64,000 nt of DNA from Cycas panzhihuaensis (lineage: Eukaryota; Plantae; Cycadophyta), in the NCBI GenBank assembly GCA_023213395.1, contig CM041465.1:43903741-43967740 (forward strand). The letters run 5' to 3'. Each line of letters begins with the position of its first letter. Positions within the stretch are counted from its first letter, which is position 1. Below, piece after piece: positions 23,671 to 38,500 of the stretch. Made by a program: the position numbers and the translations under genes. The notes beneath the pieces were generated by a model. That model was not told where the DNA came from, searched no databases, and worked only from the letters and a program-made list of their open reading frames with translations.

Positions 23671-25271
23671 TTAACTATGTAGTTACTAAACCTATAATTG
23701 TGTTATGTACCATTATGTTGCCAGAATTAATTCACATATCACCATCAAATTGAGAAGGAAAATACTAGGCTAAGTTTGAAGGAGGAGTAGTAACATGTTA
23801 ATCACAACAAATAAATGCAACATAGTATGGACTCAAAGCAAGCCTAATAGACAAAAAAAGAAACCTTTAGTTTATTTATTATTGATTTACTTTACAGTTA
23901 CCTCATAGGGTATTGCTTAAATTTCATTGGTTTATAAGTAAGTAGCTAGAATTATCATAGTGAATTTATTAATTATCACACATGATACTGATCATTTCAA
24001 TATTATTTTCAAACATTAATTTCATTGGCAATTTGATAAGAAATACATGCATGAGACTTCACTAGAAAGTATGTTGAACCAAGATCTTGTTAGATTTAAC
24101 TAACTGAGAAATTGATGCTTTAACGAAAATCTATAAGAGATTCTATCCACCTTATTGAAAAAGTGAAAATTAAAAAATAAGCTCATTTTGTAAAGAACAA
24201 AGGTTATATGTGACTTAATAAAACTTATGATCACTAGATTAAAGAGCATAGACATGAAATAATATTAAAATAAGCTTAATATTTAAAGGCTTAGGTTAAT
24301 AAAATAACTTAAAATCACTTTTGCATTGTATTTCTCTTCCTCTTACATGTTAGAGAGGCAACAATAATGCTGAAGTCCATGCATATAATGCATTTGAAAT
24401 AATGATTCTAGGGATTGATCTTCAATGGTGAATGGATCTTCATCCTCTTGAGATCATGATACAAAGCTCTACAATATTGGATTTAAGAGAAAGAACTCAA
24501 ATGAATAGCAAATGGGCACACAAAATCAATAGTTGATGGTGAAGAAGAAGACCAAAAACATAGAACAAAAGGTAATTAAATCTTCAGTTCTTTTATCAAA
24601 TCTCAATATTCTTTATATCTATAAAGTGTTGAAGTGTTTTTATAGGGGTTCCTATCTTCATTATAAATAATATAATCACATAAGGGTGATGGCCAACTTT
24701 AATGCTGATTTTCTTGATGCTAGTCTTCAAATTTCTTCATTAAAAAAAAAAGAATCTTCAGTTTATAATATGTGGCAAGTATGCAAGGTTTCCCATAAAT
24801 TTCTATGATTTATTTATTTATTTTTTAAATATCTTTCTTTGATAAGAATTGTATTAAGATTTTTATTATAGAGAATCATTAAAAAACTTTATGAAAATAC
24901 TATTGCAAGATAATTTTTTCTATGGATTTGTAAAAGACTAATTATTTTGAGTTTATTTTAGTAAATTTTATGTATTCATTTAAAAAAAAGAATTATACAC
25001 TAGTTTATATTTGAACGTACAAGTAGATTTGATGCTAAATACCTATTTACTACAAAATAAATCTTTAAATTTATAAACCCTAAGTAGAAAAATAAAATAC
25101 TGGTAATGATTTCCTTACAAATTTAAATCCATTGAGTTATCATAAAAGAACTTCATATTTATCACAAGGTTTACCACTACTTGCTTTAGTTGAATTTAGT
25201 TCACTGGACATACTTTCTTCTCTCATATGTACTTTTTTGATGGTGCAACAACCCCCCTCCAATCTTCCATG

Positions 25272-25541
25272 GCTCTGATACCATGCTGGATTAGAGAAAA
25301 AATGCACAAAAAAAAAAGGTAGGTGAGTTCTTAGGTAGAATTATTCTACCCTTTAAAAGTCTTACATAATATTATCACTGTCTCAAAGATATGCACATTG
25401 TCATTACAATAAATATACATGAGGTATAACGAGCCAATGAGTAGTTGGTTGTACATGTGGTTCTCACATGAGTGGTGACCCCCCAACCAACTTACCAATA
25501 GAAAACATTAATGTAAACAATAAATTAATAATGTTCTAATA
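25272..25541 (-). mobile_element. Orphan LTR (~25284-25541) with PBS
   Basis: Perfect GCTCTGATACCA 25272-25283 abutting TGCTGG...TTCTAATA. No partner LTR in the window; far end uncertain. Confidence 0.5.
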
Positions 25542-28379
25542 AAAACTAACCTTATTTAATAAAGAGAAAACTATCTTGGATATTTATATTCTTACCATCT
25601 TACATGTACAAGTACTCATAGCTACATAAGATTACATCTTAAGTTAATATCTTTTAAGGCTAGAGGGATATCATGTTAGTGACATATCTACTTGACTATT
25701 CCTTTCATCTAAGTGCCTATTAGGTATGTGTAATGAACTCCCTTTATAACATCTAATCTCCTATACTTAAATTAGTATTAAGCCTAACCACCCCAAACAT
25801 GCATAAAACATGATTACTACATGCTTCTAAGGATAAAACATCTAAAGGAGGATACCTTATAATAAACTTAAATGGAAGTTGGTAGTACAGTTCTAGTCTC
25901 CTTAATAAGTGTCAATAGATTAATAAATTAGTCAAGTGTGATTGACATTATCTAATATTAATAAAAGTTAAATAATAAATATCATAGACAAACTTATTCA
26001 TTTAGAGATCACTCCATTTGTCTAAAGAGTATAAATATGGAATAAATTCTTTGTATTAATTAATGGAAATATTATTCATTTTCCCTTGAACAATTAGCTT
26101 AGTTAATTTAGACATTTAGCATGGTATTGTCTCTAATTGTTTTCAAAGTTAGTTAGTTGTGGTCATTTTAAAAAAGTAAGAAGGTATCATGAAATGTAAC
26201 ATAGATATTAAATTTATGTTAACAGTAATATGCTTTTCATTTATGTGTGTAATTTCTACAAAATACAATGGTTTATAAAATCTATAAATAAATATTATTA
26301 AAATTATTAGAATTTAATCATTGTGAAAGATATTATCTCATAACATATATAATAAGAACATGCATCATGTATGCATATAAAATATATAAGATGTCTTAAT
26401 AAGTTAGATCATTTTATATATCCATAGATATAGGAATTATAATATTAATGTTAAGTATATCAAGTAGATGGTTTGTATACATACGAGCAAAGAAGTCTAT
26501 GATAATATTAATCATGGGATTGTGATCTTTAAAAAGCTTGAAAATTATAATTTTACTATTTATATATTTAATGAATATAACTTGCAAGAGGGTTTTGTTG
26601 TGAAATCATTTCACTATAAGACATTGTTTGGTATTATATGTGTAAACGATAAGTTCTTTTCATTATTTAAATTAAATGAATTATTCACATATTAGCATAT
26701 AAAAGACATAAAAAAAATTTAATACACTAATATTTTTAATAATGAACATTATTTTAAACTTTACTTGTAGATGTATTATAAAAGAGCATTTAAAATTTAT
26801 ATCATGTAAAGCTAGATAATTGATTTTTATTTTACACTATTTAATACATATTTTGTATATGGAAAAGTCCAAGATGATTAAAGACTTATCATTTGCGTTT
26901 GTATTGATGTTCTGTAATGTGCATTCCAAGTGTCTAAGGTAATCCATTAATACATGATTATAATGATTCCAATATTATGGGACATTACATTAACTATAAA
27001 GGGTATTCATAGGATAATTATTCTAACAAGTTCTAAAAACTATTATATTATTGTAATAAATATTTAATGCATATAACTCATAATGAGTTTTTTATATGAG
27101 GTTGCTTTTCTTAAATACTTTATTGAGTATTATGTGGTTTAATGACAATATCACACTTTCTAATTCTATCTATTATTTCCTCCCTCTCTAAAAAATATAC
27201 ACACCCACAAAAAATCATGTTGTAAGATGTTAAGCCTTTGCTATAATAAATTTTGAAGCTTATGACCTAGATTTACATAATCTTTATATTAAAAAATAAT
27301 GTTATACTTAAGTTTAAGAGTAAGTTTGCAAGTTGCAATATTTTACTATATAAAAATTAGTTACACTTGACATGTATTATCAACTTTGCTTAGGTTTGTT
27401 TACTTCATGACCTACATAATTTCTTTTCTTTTGTGTTTTCTAATCCAATTGTTTTGAAAGAAATTTCAAGCACTTATGTCAGATAAATTTATATCCATTT
27501 TGAATTGTGACATATTTAGCAATTAAAGTTACAAAGGAATAATTATGGATAATGAATTACTTTTTCCACCAATATTGTTTATTGAAGTAATAATCATGGA
27601 ACTTCACTTGTCAGGGACTAACACTTTATTGCTTATTAATGCTTATATTTTCCCATTTCAAAGAAGGATATATATATCTCGCTTTAAATTGCTTTAACAC
27701 TTTTGAGGGATGTCTATAAATATCTACACATCCTTAGAAGTCATACTTTGTGTATATTTTAGTTTTGCTCTATTTATCTATCTATCTATATTTTTATTTA
27801 TCTCTACATACACATACACATAAGTTATAGATTTCATTGTATATATAATTAAGTCCTATAAAATCACCAAAAGTTTATTTTTGTAATTTTTTAAGTATTT
27901 ATGCATACATTTTTATGGGTAGGAATACTCTCATAGTTTTATTTTCAAATTTTTATATATTTTTTGAACTCTTATATATGCTAGCTTTTATCACCCACTC
28001 TTTGTACATTTCAATTACTATTTGAATTAGGTTGGGAAAAAGGTTTTTTAGAAAAATTACATTACAAGGATCAAAATATCATGGAAACTAACCATATAAT
28101 TAATAAAAAAATATATTATATACTTGTTTCAATACTTTAATATTTAGGTTTTAATCATTTAATAAATGCTGCATGTTATTTTTTAACATTGTTTAAGATT
28201 TCTTTTTTTGGTTAGTAATTGATTAAAAAATCCACTTAAATGGGCTTGAATTCTTATAAAAGTCTACATGAAACTATAGAATTATATTCAAGAATTAGTT
28301 ATTCCCTTTTTATATTTTAATCACTTGATGAGTCCTATCAACCATTTTAAACATTCCATGGGCTTCTGTTGTGCCCTAG

Positions 28380-28900
28380 CCAAACTAATCTTTAACTTAG
28401 CTATTTTTTCTCATAAATCGTCTAATTCTAAATTTCCTTATGCCTTTTGGATGATACATTAGCTCTTCTCGGCCCTTAATTCCAAAATTTCATCTCTTGA
28501 TGTTCATAACATGTTGTACTTGGAAGCTCCTTCCTCACTATTGATTTATACCTTGAACTTTAACGCCAAGGTTCTATCCTAGGCAAAATCCTCAATTATA
28601 TATCGACATAATTTACAATGCAACTTATATAGTATCCCATTGAGAAAATAATTATGTATTAGATAATTAGGGACTTAGGTTCCCTTTGTCATATTCTCTA
28701 TTGTGATGGTCATCTAGCTCTTGTAGTCTAACACTAATTCTCCTAATCTTTGTCTAATATCTTTGTTGTCTTAAATAACAACCCGATTAATGTGCAACTT
28801 TTGAAATATTTCTTCAGACTTTAGCATAATATCTACTAAGGATAGTTTATGAACACCTAGATTTTTGTGCTATAGAAGTGGTACTACTTTCAGTACATAC
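28380..28900 (-). mobile_element. Possible Ty3/gypsy gag relic (host of the 29129 copia)
   Basis: Minus-strand FLNGILYKLHCKL...RTLALKF resembles retrotransposon gag; heavily decayed. Confidence 0.3.
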
Positions 28901-29128
28901 AAAAATTGACACTTGACGTCACCTTCAATTTTAATACCCCTGATGGATATATTATTCTTGTAGAGGATTATATGCTCTAATGAATCTATTATACCCTGTA
29001 ATATAAAGTGATTAGGGCATTAATGTTGTGGTAAATCATAGGTGGTGTTGGGTTCACTACCTTTGGTAGTGAACTATATTCTAATCCTAGCGTTGGTTCT
29101 TTATATGCTTTAAATAAGGAGGTACTTC

Positions 29129-32100
29129 TATTAAAATAACGTGCTTTTCATATTATTTTATAAAGTGTAATGTTATAAGCTCAAGAAGTTAGAGGGTTTT
29201 AAAACCATATTTCAACTCATTTTTTTCTCTATTTGTGATAATTTTTTCTTCCATTTGGGGCTGCAGTTACATAGATCATGCTCAAGAACCCAAAAATTAA
29301 CTATTTATTTGCTAAATTTTGTCTTCATTTGCATTCAGTGAGCAAATTGATGTCCACATCTATGCATGTGAAATTTTGATGATTACATATTTTGGAATTC
29401 GTACTCAGTTGATTTATTTAATTTCTTTAGTAATTTGTAAAGTTCTAAACTACAATATAGTGAAATTAAATTTCTTTTTTGTAATATTTGGGGTCCACAT
29501 TTTAGTTTTTTGGCCCACAGTCACATTATGTAATGAACTTTAATGCCCAAAAGGTACTAATTGTTATAACTTCTTCATTAAACCTTCATTTTAAAAATTC
29601 AAACTGCTATAATCATATTTTAAGCTATACTTTCATAGTTTCAGCTTATATTTGTAAGCAAGCTGTGTGGACTATGAATATTCTTATAAACTCATGCTTT
29701 TGGTCATAATTTTATTACAATTTTTATTATTATGTTGAGTGTAAACATAGTAGGTTACATTATATCAGAGTCACAAAAACTAAATGGCAAAATTATATAA
29801 TATTAAAGTTTAAAATATCCAATATCTTAGCTCTAAAAAGATTAATAAAAATAGTTGAAGGTAAGGAACGTAAACCAATTCAGACAACCTGTTAAGTTAT
29901 AATGACTGCTAGAACATTTATTAGAGTAACTTTTGCAACTTCAGCAGTAACAACCAAAGATGTGGAATATTGGGAGGACAAAGATCGAGAAGCACTCATG
30001 ATTATTAGACACACCAACAAGGCAAAATAACAATAGTAGATGCATGGAAAATAATGAAAGATTTGTATGAAATAAGGAATAAAACTAGAGTTTTATACCT
30101 TAGAAATTAATTATATGTTTATAAAATGATAATTAATGACTCTATCTCCATCCATTTATAAAGACTTAAGGAGATAAGAGATTAACTAATTTCCATTGGT
30201 GAGAAAGTTAAGAAGAGAGAACTTGTGAGCATAACTTTGAATACCCTCCCCGAAGGCTATCAAAATTTTGTTACCAACCTATGCCTGATGGAGAGATCAC
30301 AACCTTTAATATTTAAAGAGTTAGCTAGACTTATCTTTTATAAAGAATAATGCATAGGTGGACATATTGGTAGTAGTGGTGGAATGGTATTAACCTCTTA
30401 ATTTAAGAAGAAATTACAGTTAAATGCTCTTAAACAAGCTCAAACACTATCTCTTAGTGTAAGTGAATGCAAAGAGAAGAAGGATATCATGTGTATCTAC
30501 TACAAAAAGACTAGTCACTTTGAGAAGAATAATTGGAAGAAAAAAGGCAAATAAAAAGAAGAAGAGTTTGGTAACACCATTTATCTATTTGTCGATGACG
30601 AAAGAAGTCTTTGTGTTTAGTGCTATTTTTAGAACTTTAGGCACCTGGTACATTGATTGAAGAGCTTTAAACCCTATCATCTTTCATAAGGAATGGTTTA
30701 AAGAACTCAAAGGGAGAAATGGTTCAATCATAATTCTTAATGATGACAAGCAACATAAAGCAAAAGTCAAAGGTATAATTATTCTCAGGTAATCTAGTAA
30801 TAAGATTAATATCATTGATGTGTTATATGTATCATCTCTTAAACATAACTTACTTTTTGTAAGTCATATACCTAAGCTAAATTTAAAAATAAAGTTTGAT
30901 ATTATTAAGTATGTCATCAAAGATGGCAATTTTGTAATTGCTCAAGGAGTCTAAGAGAATGGCTTATATAAATTCTCTTGCTCATTTAAACATAGTTTTA
31001 TTACAACTTTATTTGATATAATATGGCATGATTATTTCAATCATTTGAGCTACCATAGCCTTTATTTATTGAATAAGCTAAAGATGGTACATGATCTTCC
31101 TTTAGTGCAAGAAAGCAATCAAATCTACATTGCTTGTGTATTAGGAAAACATCATAGGAAAAAAATTATCAAATCTAGTTGGTGAGCAAAAGATAAATTG
31201 GAATTGGTATGCTTAATCTATGTGGACTAATCATGCTAGTTTCATTTGGAGAAGCGAGATACTTCATGATCTTCATTGATGACTTGACTAGGAAGCCATG
31301 GATTTATGCTACAAAAAATAAGTCAGAAGCAATTATAAAGTATAAGAAAATCAAAGTTGAGGTGGAAAGCTTCTATGAAAAGAAAATTAAAATTTTGAGA
31401 AGTAATAGTAGAGGTGAATATTTGTCTTATGAATTCATTACTTTCTATAAGAACCATGGTATCAAACGACAATTGACAACATCTTATTCATTACAATAGA
31501 ATGGTATAGTTGAATGGAAGAATCACATTATTACTAAAATGGCGAGATATATATTTAAGGCAAAAAATGTCCCTAATGGCTTATGGGTTGAAGTAATGAA
31601 CATAACAATGTGTATTTTAAATAGAAGTCCTACAATAGCCATTCAAAACATAACTCTAAAAAGGCTTAGATAAGGAGAAAATCTATTGTTTGTAATCTTT
31701 GTATCTTTGGTTGTATTGTTTGTGTACACATACTTGATGAAAAGTGATAGAAACTTGATAATAAAAGTCACAGGTGCATCCTTGTAGGGTATAACAAGTT
31801 ATCAAAAGCCTATAGACTTTGGAATCCCTAAAAAAAGAAGATTATAATTAGTAAGGGTTTCTCTTTTCTAAGTAAGGTGAGGATATAATTCCTATTGTAA
31901 ATGTTGGCGTTGAAAGCACAAAGGTGAAGAGTGAAACTAGTGTGAAGAAAGAAAAGAGTGTGGAATTACCTGTAGATATTCCATCTTCTTCTTCTTCTAA
32001 GCTACCTAAATGATATATTCAAACCATAAAAGATTATAAGATTAGTCATATTAACACTTGTTTAAGTGTGTAGATATGCAACTAGGCAAATTTTACCTTG

Positions 32101-34009
32101 ATGTCTAATATATTAAGCACAAATGAACTTGAATTTTTTATTGAAGCCAAAGATACACCTCATTGGTAATTGACTATATAGGAGGAGTACAACTCCATGT
32201 TAAAGAATGATACTTGGGATCTTATTGAGCTTTCATCTAGGAAAAAGGTAATTGTTTGTAAATGGGTATATGAGATGAAGTATTGATCAAATTGTGACAT
32301 CGACTTATATAAGACCCAACTTATAGCTAAAGGTTATGCTCAAACTCAAGGTGTAGGTTTCGAGGAGACCTTTGCACCTATGGTGAAAATGACCACTATC
32401 TAAATGTTGACTACCCTTGCATCTCAATTTAGTTGGGAACTCCATCACATAGATGTCAAGAGTGCATTTCTTTATAGCATTCTTCATGAAAATATTTATA
32501 TACAACAACGTGAAGGCTTTATACAGATTGGTTAGGAGTAACTTATATATAGGCTAAAAAAAGCCTTATATAGGCTTAACCGGGCATTGGGGGCATGGTA
32601 TGTATGTATTGATGAATACTTCATCACTTCAGGGTACATTATTATGGATAAGATCATAACTTATGCATTAAATATGAGAATGATAAAATACTTATTATTG
32701 TTCTCTATGTTGATAATTTGGTTTTCACCAACAACAATACTTCTCAAATAGAATCCATTAAAAAGGACCTTTTCAAAGTCATTGAGATGTCTGATCTTTG
32801 TATTCTACATTTTTATCTTGGCTTGGAGTTTTAGTAGAATGATGACAATATATTTGTTTCATAGTTCATGTATGCATATAGTTTGTTAAAATGTTTCCAT
32901 GTAGAGTACTATAAGCCAATAACTATACTTATGGAAGCTGACCTAAAGGTGTCTAAAGAGGTAGATACTAGGACTGTTGATGGGACATTGTACAAGGAAT
33001 TAATGGGAAACCTCATTTATCTCACTAATATTAGGCTTAAAATTTGTTATGCTATTAGCATTGTAGCTCATTTTATGAGTGCTCCACCTATCTTTTATTG
33101 GAAGGTAATAAAGTACATATTGAGGTATGCCAAGGGCATTATTGGGCTTGGAATTTTATTTTCAAGAGTTAATAAGTTCAAGGTGCATGGATATACTTAC
33201 TCAGATTGGGTTAGAGATGTTGACGATCAAAGATCAACGATAGGATTTCTATTCACATCCAATTTTGGTTTGATTTCCTAATGCAGTAAGAAGCATACCA
33301 CTATCTCATTATCTTTTATAGAATTGGAGTATAAATATGCAACCATAACTATATATGAGGCTATTTGGTTAAGGAGGTTACTTGCATATTTTGAGGTTTT
33401 TTAGGATGAGCCTATATGACTATTTTGTGATAATCAAAGTGTAATCCAATTGTCAAAGAATCTAGTCTTTCACACTAGGGTAAAGCATGTGGAAGTATAT
33501 TATTATTTCATTTGAGAACAAGTGTAGAGCAACACAATTGAATTGCTTTACTATCTAAGAGAGGATTAGCTTGCAAATATTCTCACTAAAGTTTCGAGTT
33601 GTGAGAAATTTGAAACACTCAAGAGGCTCTTATTTATAAGAGATAATGAATTACACATTATGAGGGGGTGTTAAAGTAATATATATTTCATTATTATTTC
33701 ATAAAGTGCAATGTTAATAATGAGTACTTTATGATAATGACTTAACTAATGAGAGGATTAATTGCTCTTATGTAACTTCTTTAACTCCTTGATTCTCTCC
33801 TTAAATTATGGAGTAAATTATTATCTCATGAATGTTTTTTAAACCAAGAATTTAAAGGTGATTACATTAGAGTTTTTGGAGTAGATATGAGTATGTGTTG
33901 TAGGTGAATTAATACAAGTAATTCTTCATTGATTCTACTTTTGTATTTTTACATTCTCTCTTATTCTATTTTGAGTTTCAATGTAGTCCCATTTCCTATT
34001 TATCTGACA
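29129..34009 (+). mobile_element. Full-length decayed Ty1/copia with dissimilar LTRs
   Basis: gag (EDKDREALMII, ITLNTLPEGYQNFVT), WYID protease, integrase ORF 31209-31499, RT/RNase H 32150-33640, PPT TGAGGGGG. 3' LTR 33669-34009. The 5' LTR from 29129 shares the first ~50 bp. PBS relic TATCAGAG ~29763. Perfect TSD ACTTC. Confidence 0.85.
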
Positions 34010-35379
34010 ACTTCATGGCACTTTTACAAAAATTGGCATATCAAACCTTAGAACTTATATTGCTGATAAAGTCAATATTATGAAGGAATTGACCTCTTCC
34101 TTTAGGGGGTTGTTGAATAAATCCCTAGTGAAACCATTTTCCTAGTTTGCCTTAGGACCTTCCTCTATCTTATCTTTATTATTGCCCAAGCTCTCGAAAC
34201 TTGCCATTTCTCCCTAGTCAAGGTTTCTTTCTTCCTTTGTTAGTACCTCATTAGAATGAGCCTTTTTCTAGGGCATCTTCTAGTGTCAATTTCACTACTG
34301 ATTATTATAGATATCTTCTTCCCATCATCTTTTGACTTACTAACTAACCTATCCTATCTTCATTTAACAATGGTATGATCCTCTTTAGCCTACAAAGTTT
34401 TCATTCCCTAGTCCATCGTATCATCCTCTCTTGGCTTAACATGATATTCCTATTATTTAAATGGATTTTAAGGGGCATTAGAAGGTTCCCTTAGTTGCTT
34501 GGAATTTAGCTAGAGTATGCCATGTCAATAGCAAATAAGGTCCTTTGTATTTTAGGCATCAAGTTCCTTATGCAAGACTCAAGTTTTCTTTATTAACTAT
34601 AAAGTCAAATAATGAAACCAATGTTGACTATGGACTAGTGTATCAGTTATCTCAAGGTTTGCCTGTGTACTTTATTGCCATATGTTAGTCTTTGATTTGA
34701 CATTGATTGACTCCTTAGGGATTTGATTAGCATCTTTAATGTCTCATTGCTATAAGTTTGGCTTTGTACACATATGAGGATATAAAAGTCCTTAAGTAAC
34801 AAACTCATATATACATAATATTACACATCATATTCCGGATAATGTAATATTGCATTAAATGATGATTAGATATATGCTTAGTTAACTTTTTGCTTGGGTA
34901 TACACTAAATGAATAAGGTTTCACACCAAATTAGGGTGTGAAATGCCTTATTTATACCCTAAAATAGGTGCCATGATATAAAAAAAATATGGAATTTGAT
35001 TTATGACCTCTGATTGTTCATAACAAGTGATTCATTTATATAATACAACTTTCACTAATCATGGCACTTCAAATTTTGTGTATTAATATGGTCCTAGTGC
35101 ATAATTTCCACTATAGTAGTATATTTATTATACTAATCATTTATGAACTATAGCAACCATTCTAACTATTCTAACCATTCATGACTAACGCAACCATTTT
35201 TGCATGTAATAATTAATTTTGTTGACCATTCTAATGCCCCCCCAAAAATATACTTTTATGTTGTTGTCATTTGTATTCCCCAAAGATTATTACTTTATCT
35301 TCTCTATCATTCCAACCCACATAAACCATCCCTTATTCCTTTGCTAGCCATTTCAATTATTCCAATGGCAAGTTTTATT

Positions 35380-35532
35380 ATATATAAGGGCCTCTACTTG
35401 TCTATACTAGATGACAAGGTAATCTTATTTGTTATAAACCTTTTATTTGTTATAAGATCTTATTATTTCATGTTAGTGTTAATTGTTATTAATTTTCCTA
35501 GTAGCATAAGATCACTTCAACTTGTATCAAAG
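35380..35532 (+). repeat. Dispersed repeat, probable LTR 3' end + PBS relic; second copy ~45262-45400
   Basis: AAGGGCCTCTACTTGTCTATACTAGATGACAAGGT...TTAATTTTCCTAGTAGCA vs AAGGGTCCTCACTTGTTTGTACTAGGTGATAGGGT...TTAATTTTCCCTATAGCA. Confidence 0.55.
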
Positions 35533-35556
35533 TAATATTTTGCCATTTAAACTATC

Positions 35557-38500
35557 TACTAGAATATATTACCATACTGACTAATGTTAATGTGTGGAAT
35601 ATTCTTAATGTAATATTGGATGAGCTGACAGATGTAATCACATAATGTAATATTATCAAGGTACTTTAGATCTGTAAATAAAGATCAAAGTCCATCTATG
35701 TAATATATGCTAGATTTATCAAAAATATGAAATAATATCATTTTGGTGGGTTTTCACTTGAGAGGATTTCCCACCTCAAATCTGATATCTTATATGTATT
35801 TGTTTTGTTTAGATTTGCTTTGTATGAAAGATTTTGTCAACTTGCTTACATATAAGTGTTTTTTAACATGGTATTAGAGCTGTAGGAGGTGCAGAAGTAG
35901 AGAATCATTATCTGGATCATCCAATCATTGGTTCCAGGTCATGCTAGCTTACCCGATAAGGATTGGCTTATCCAATGACCCACAAAATTACTACAGAGAT
36001 GCAGATGATCGCTAATGGATCTTGAAAGACTTCTATTTCTATTTTCCAAAATTTCTAAGCCCTACGAAGGTGTGTGGATGAGTAGAAGGTGTTTTATAGC
36101 CATGGTTACTCTATTATCAGCCATAAGAACTTGCATGAGCCTTCTGAAGGTGCTAAGTCTGTTTATTTGAGGTGCCACTGAGTTTTGCAAAGCCTTAGAG
36201 TGATTTGAAAGTTTTTTGATCAATTTTAAAGGTATTTGAGGTCGCTCGTATGAGGAGATATACCGTGCACCCTATTGTAGATGCTTGCTAGCCCCTTATT
36301 GATGTGAAATGGCCAGTGGGAGAGTGTAAAGCCCAGTGAATCATTGTAGCACTGATAAGTGAATAATATGGTGATATAATAAAGGTATACTCAAAATATA
36401 TACTTTGAAATATACTTACCTGTATGATTGTAAATGCCTTTGATTGATGATATTTTGGTTTTCCATGTGTTGAAATTAATATCCACATGATGATTGTATG
36501 AGTCACCTAGCTAATTTAAAGCCTGTGTAGTGATATTTCATCACTAGCTATTTAATATCATAGCTTGTGATAGCATGCATAATATTATGAATTTATCACG
36601 ATGTATATATGTCACTAATGAATAATATTGCACCTCTGTTAAAGCTTATAGCTGCGTGTTAATCTAATTCATTGCTAGTTGTTTACACATGGTTAAATCA
36701 CTTTCATATGTGATTATTATAGTGCCACTTGCGTACTATATATGTTCACCTACAATGATATTAATCTACATGTTGATGTATTTTATTACTTCGCTGGCTG
36801 GTATGTAATTGCATCGGCTAGGTTTGGAAATAATCCACAACTATATTAATTTGTAATAGCTGCATTAAGTTTAGTCACTTGCATGATGATTTATTCATCA
36901 CCGTGTTGATTTAATAGACCCACCTATTTAACATATTTTTTTATCGCCATCTATCTACATAAATGTGTGTTGATCAACCATTGACATTTGCAAATTTGTA
37001 ATTTATAGTTGCTAAATATTTAGTCATTCATCGTTTTCTTTATATATAGTTGTGCATTAAATTATTAACATCATATGACTAATATAATATGGTGATAATA
37101 TTATTTAAACTATATATATTTTGTGCACCTTTATTTTATTATATAGATTTTGATATATTTTAAAATTAATTGATTTAATAAAGTCACTAAGGTCACCTTT
37201 GATATATTTGGTGTTGCTTTACTATATTAGTGTCCTTTTGCTTATATACATTATCATTAATTGATGCCCTTTTTTGGTAACTTTATTTTGCCATTTTGAT
37301 GAAAGTATATACTTTTTAAAAGTGGCATAAATATATTTTATAAGGTTTCATTTTGATATAATGGTGGCATATATGAGGTATGTATGATGATATATGAGGC
37401 ATTAATGGCAAAGTGACTAATTGTTTAGTGATATTTGGCAATGATATGGTGCTCTCTTACATGTGATTACATGGGGGAGTGAGATGGGTGATGTAGATGA
37501 TAAGAGGTGATAGTTTGAAGCTCTTGTTACATGTGGATACATGGTTGAGTTTGATGGGCAGAGTAGTCAAAGTAGTAAATTATCACTAGTTGACAAGTGG
37601 GTGAGAATGGGCATGTTTAATGGGTGAGTGTAAGCTATTAATGTCAGTGTTATATTTCGTTGATTAATAGTAGGGCAAGAAGAAGGTGAAGAAGGGCAAG
37701 TTTAATTGAGATACCTTAGCTGCAAATGAAAGTAAACTCTATTATTGTTATTATTGTTGTGGTATAGATCATTGTATATTTTTATTATATATGTAATTTA
37801 TTCATTAAAAAGTGGTGTTTTTATTCAATTATATCAAAATTCTTTTACATCAGATGTGTGTGTGAGGTGAAGTTTAGAATTTATTATTTTATAACCTATT
37901 TGTATAAGTGGTTCTTAGTGTTGGTGGATTGTTATACTTTGAGTAGTTTGATTGATGTTAGCATGAGAGTTTATGGCCTATTTGATACTGGTTCAACATG
38001 TGTACATATCTAAATAAGTCTGATGTGAAATCGATAGTATGTTTGATGAAAATTAAAGTATGAATAGAAAGGTTTATGACGGGAAGCCTTAAAATTAGTT
38101 TTACCTTTATCATGGTATAGAATGGGAGTTTTTTATCTCGTGAACTCTGTGTGTTATATGTGAGTATCATGATGCATATGGTGAGGTGTTGGTACATATT
38201 ATAATTTACCTCCTATAGATTTATGGTAGAAGCTATAGCAAATAAGTATTGGGTATTTACATGTTGTATTTAGACTAGTAAGAAGCCTTCCATTTGATCT
38301 TGAAGTGCATTAGAGTTCACACATCTTAGACGAAGATCACAATAGTAGGATTACAAGAGTTGGAGTGTCTTTGTGATCTATAGGGAAAGCATTGTGATTA
38401 GTCTAGATGTCAAAGTTAAAGAGCTTATGATGTATCATGCTAAGTGTCATCTGAGTATAGTTTTTATCCTTCATTTCTTACTATTTTCGAGCCATAATTC

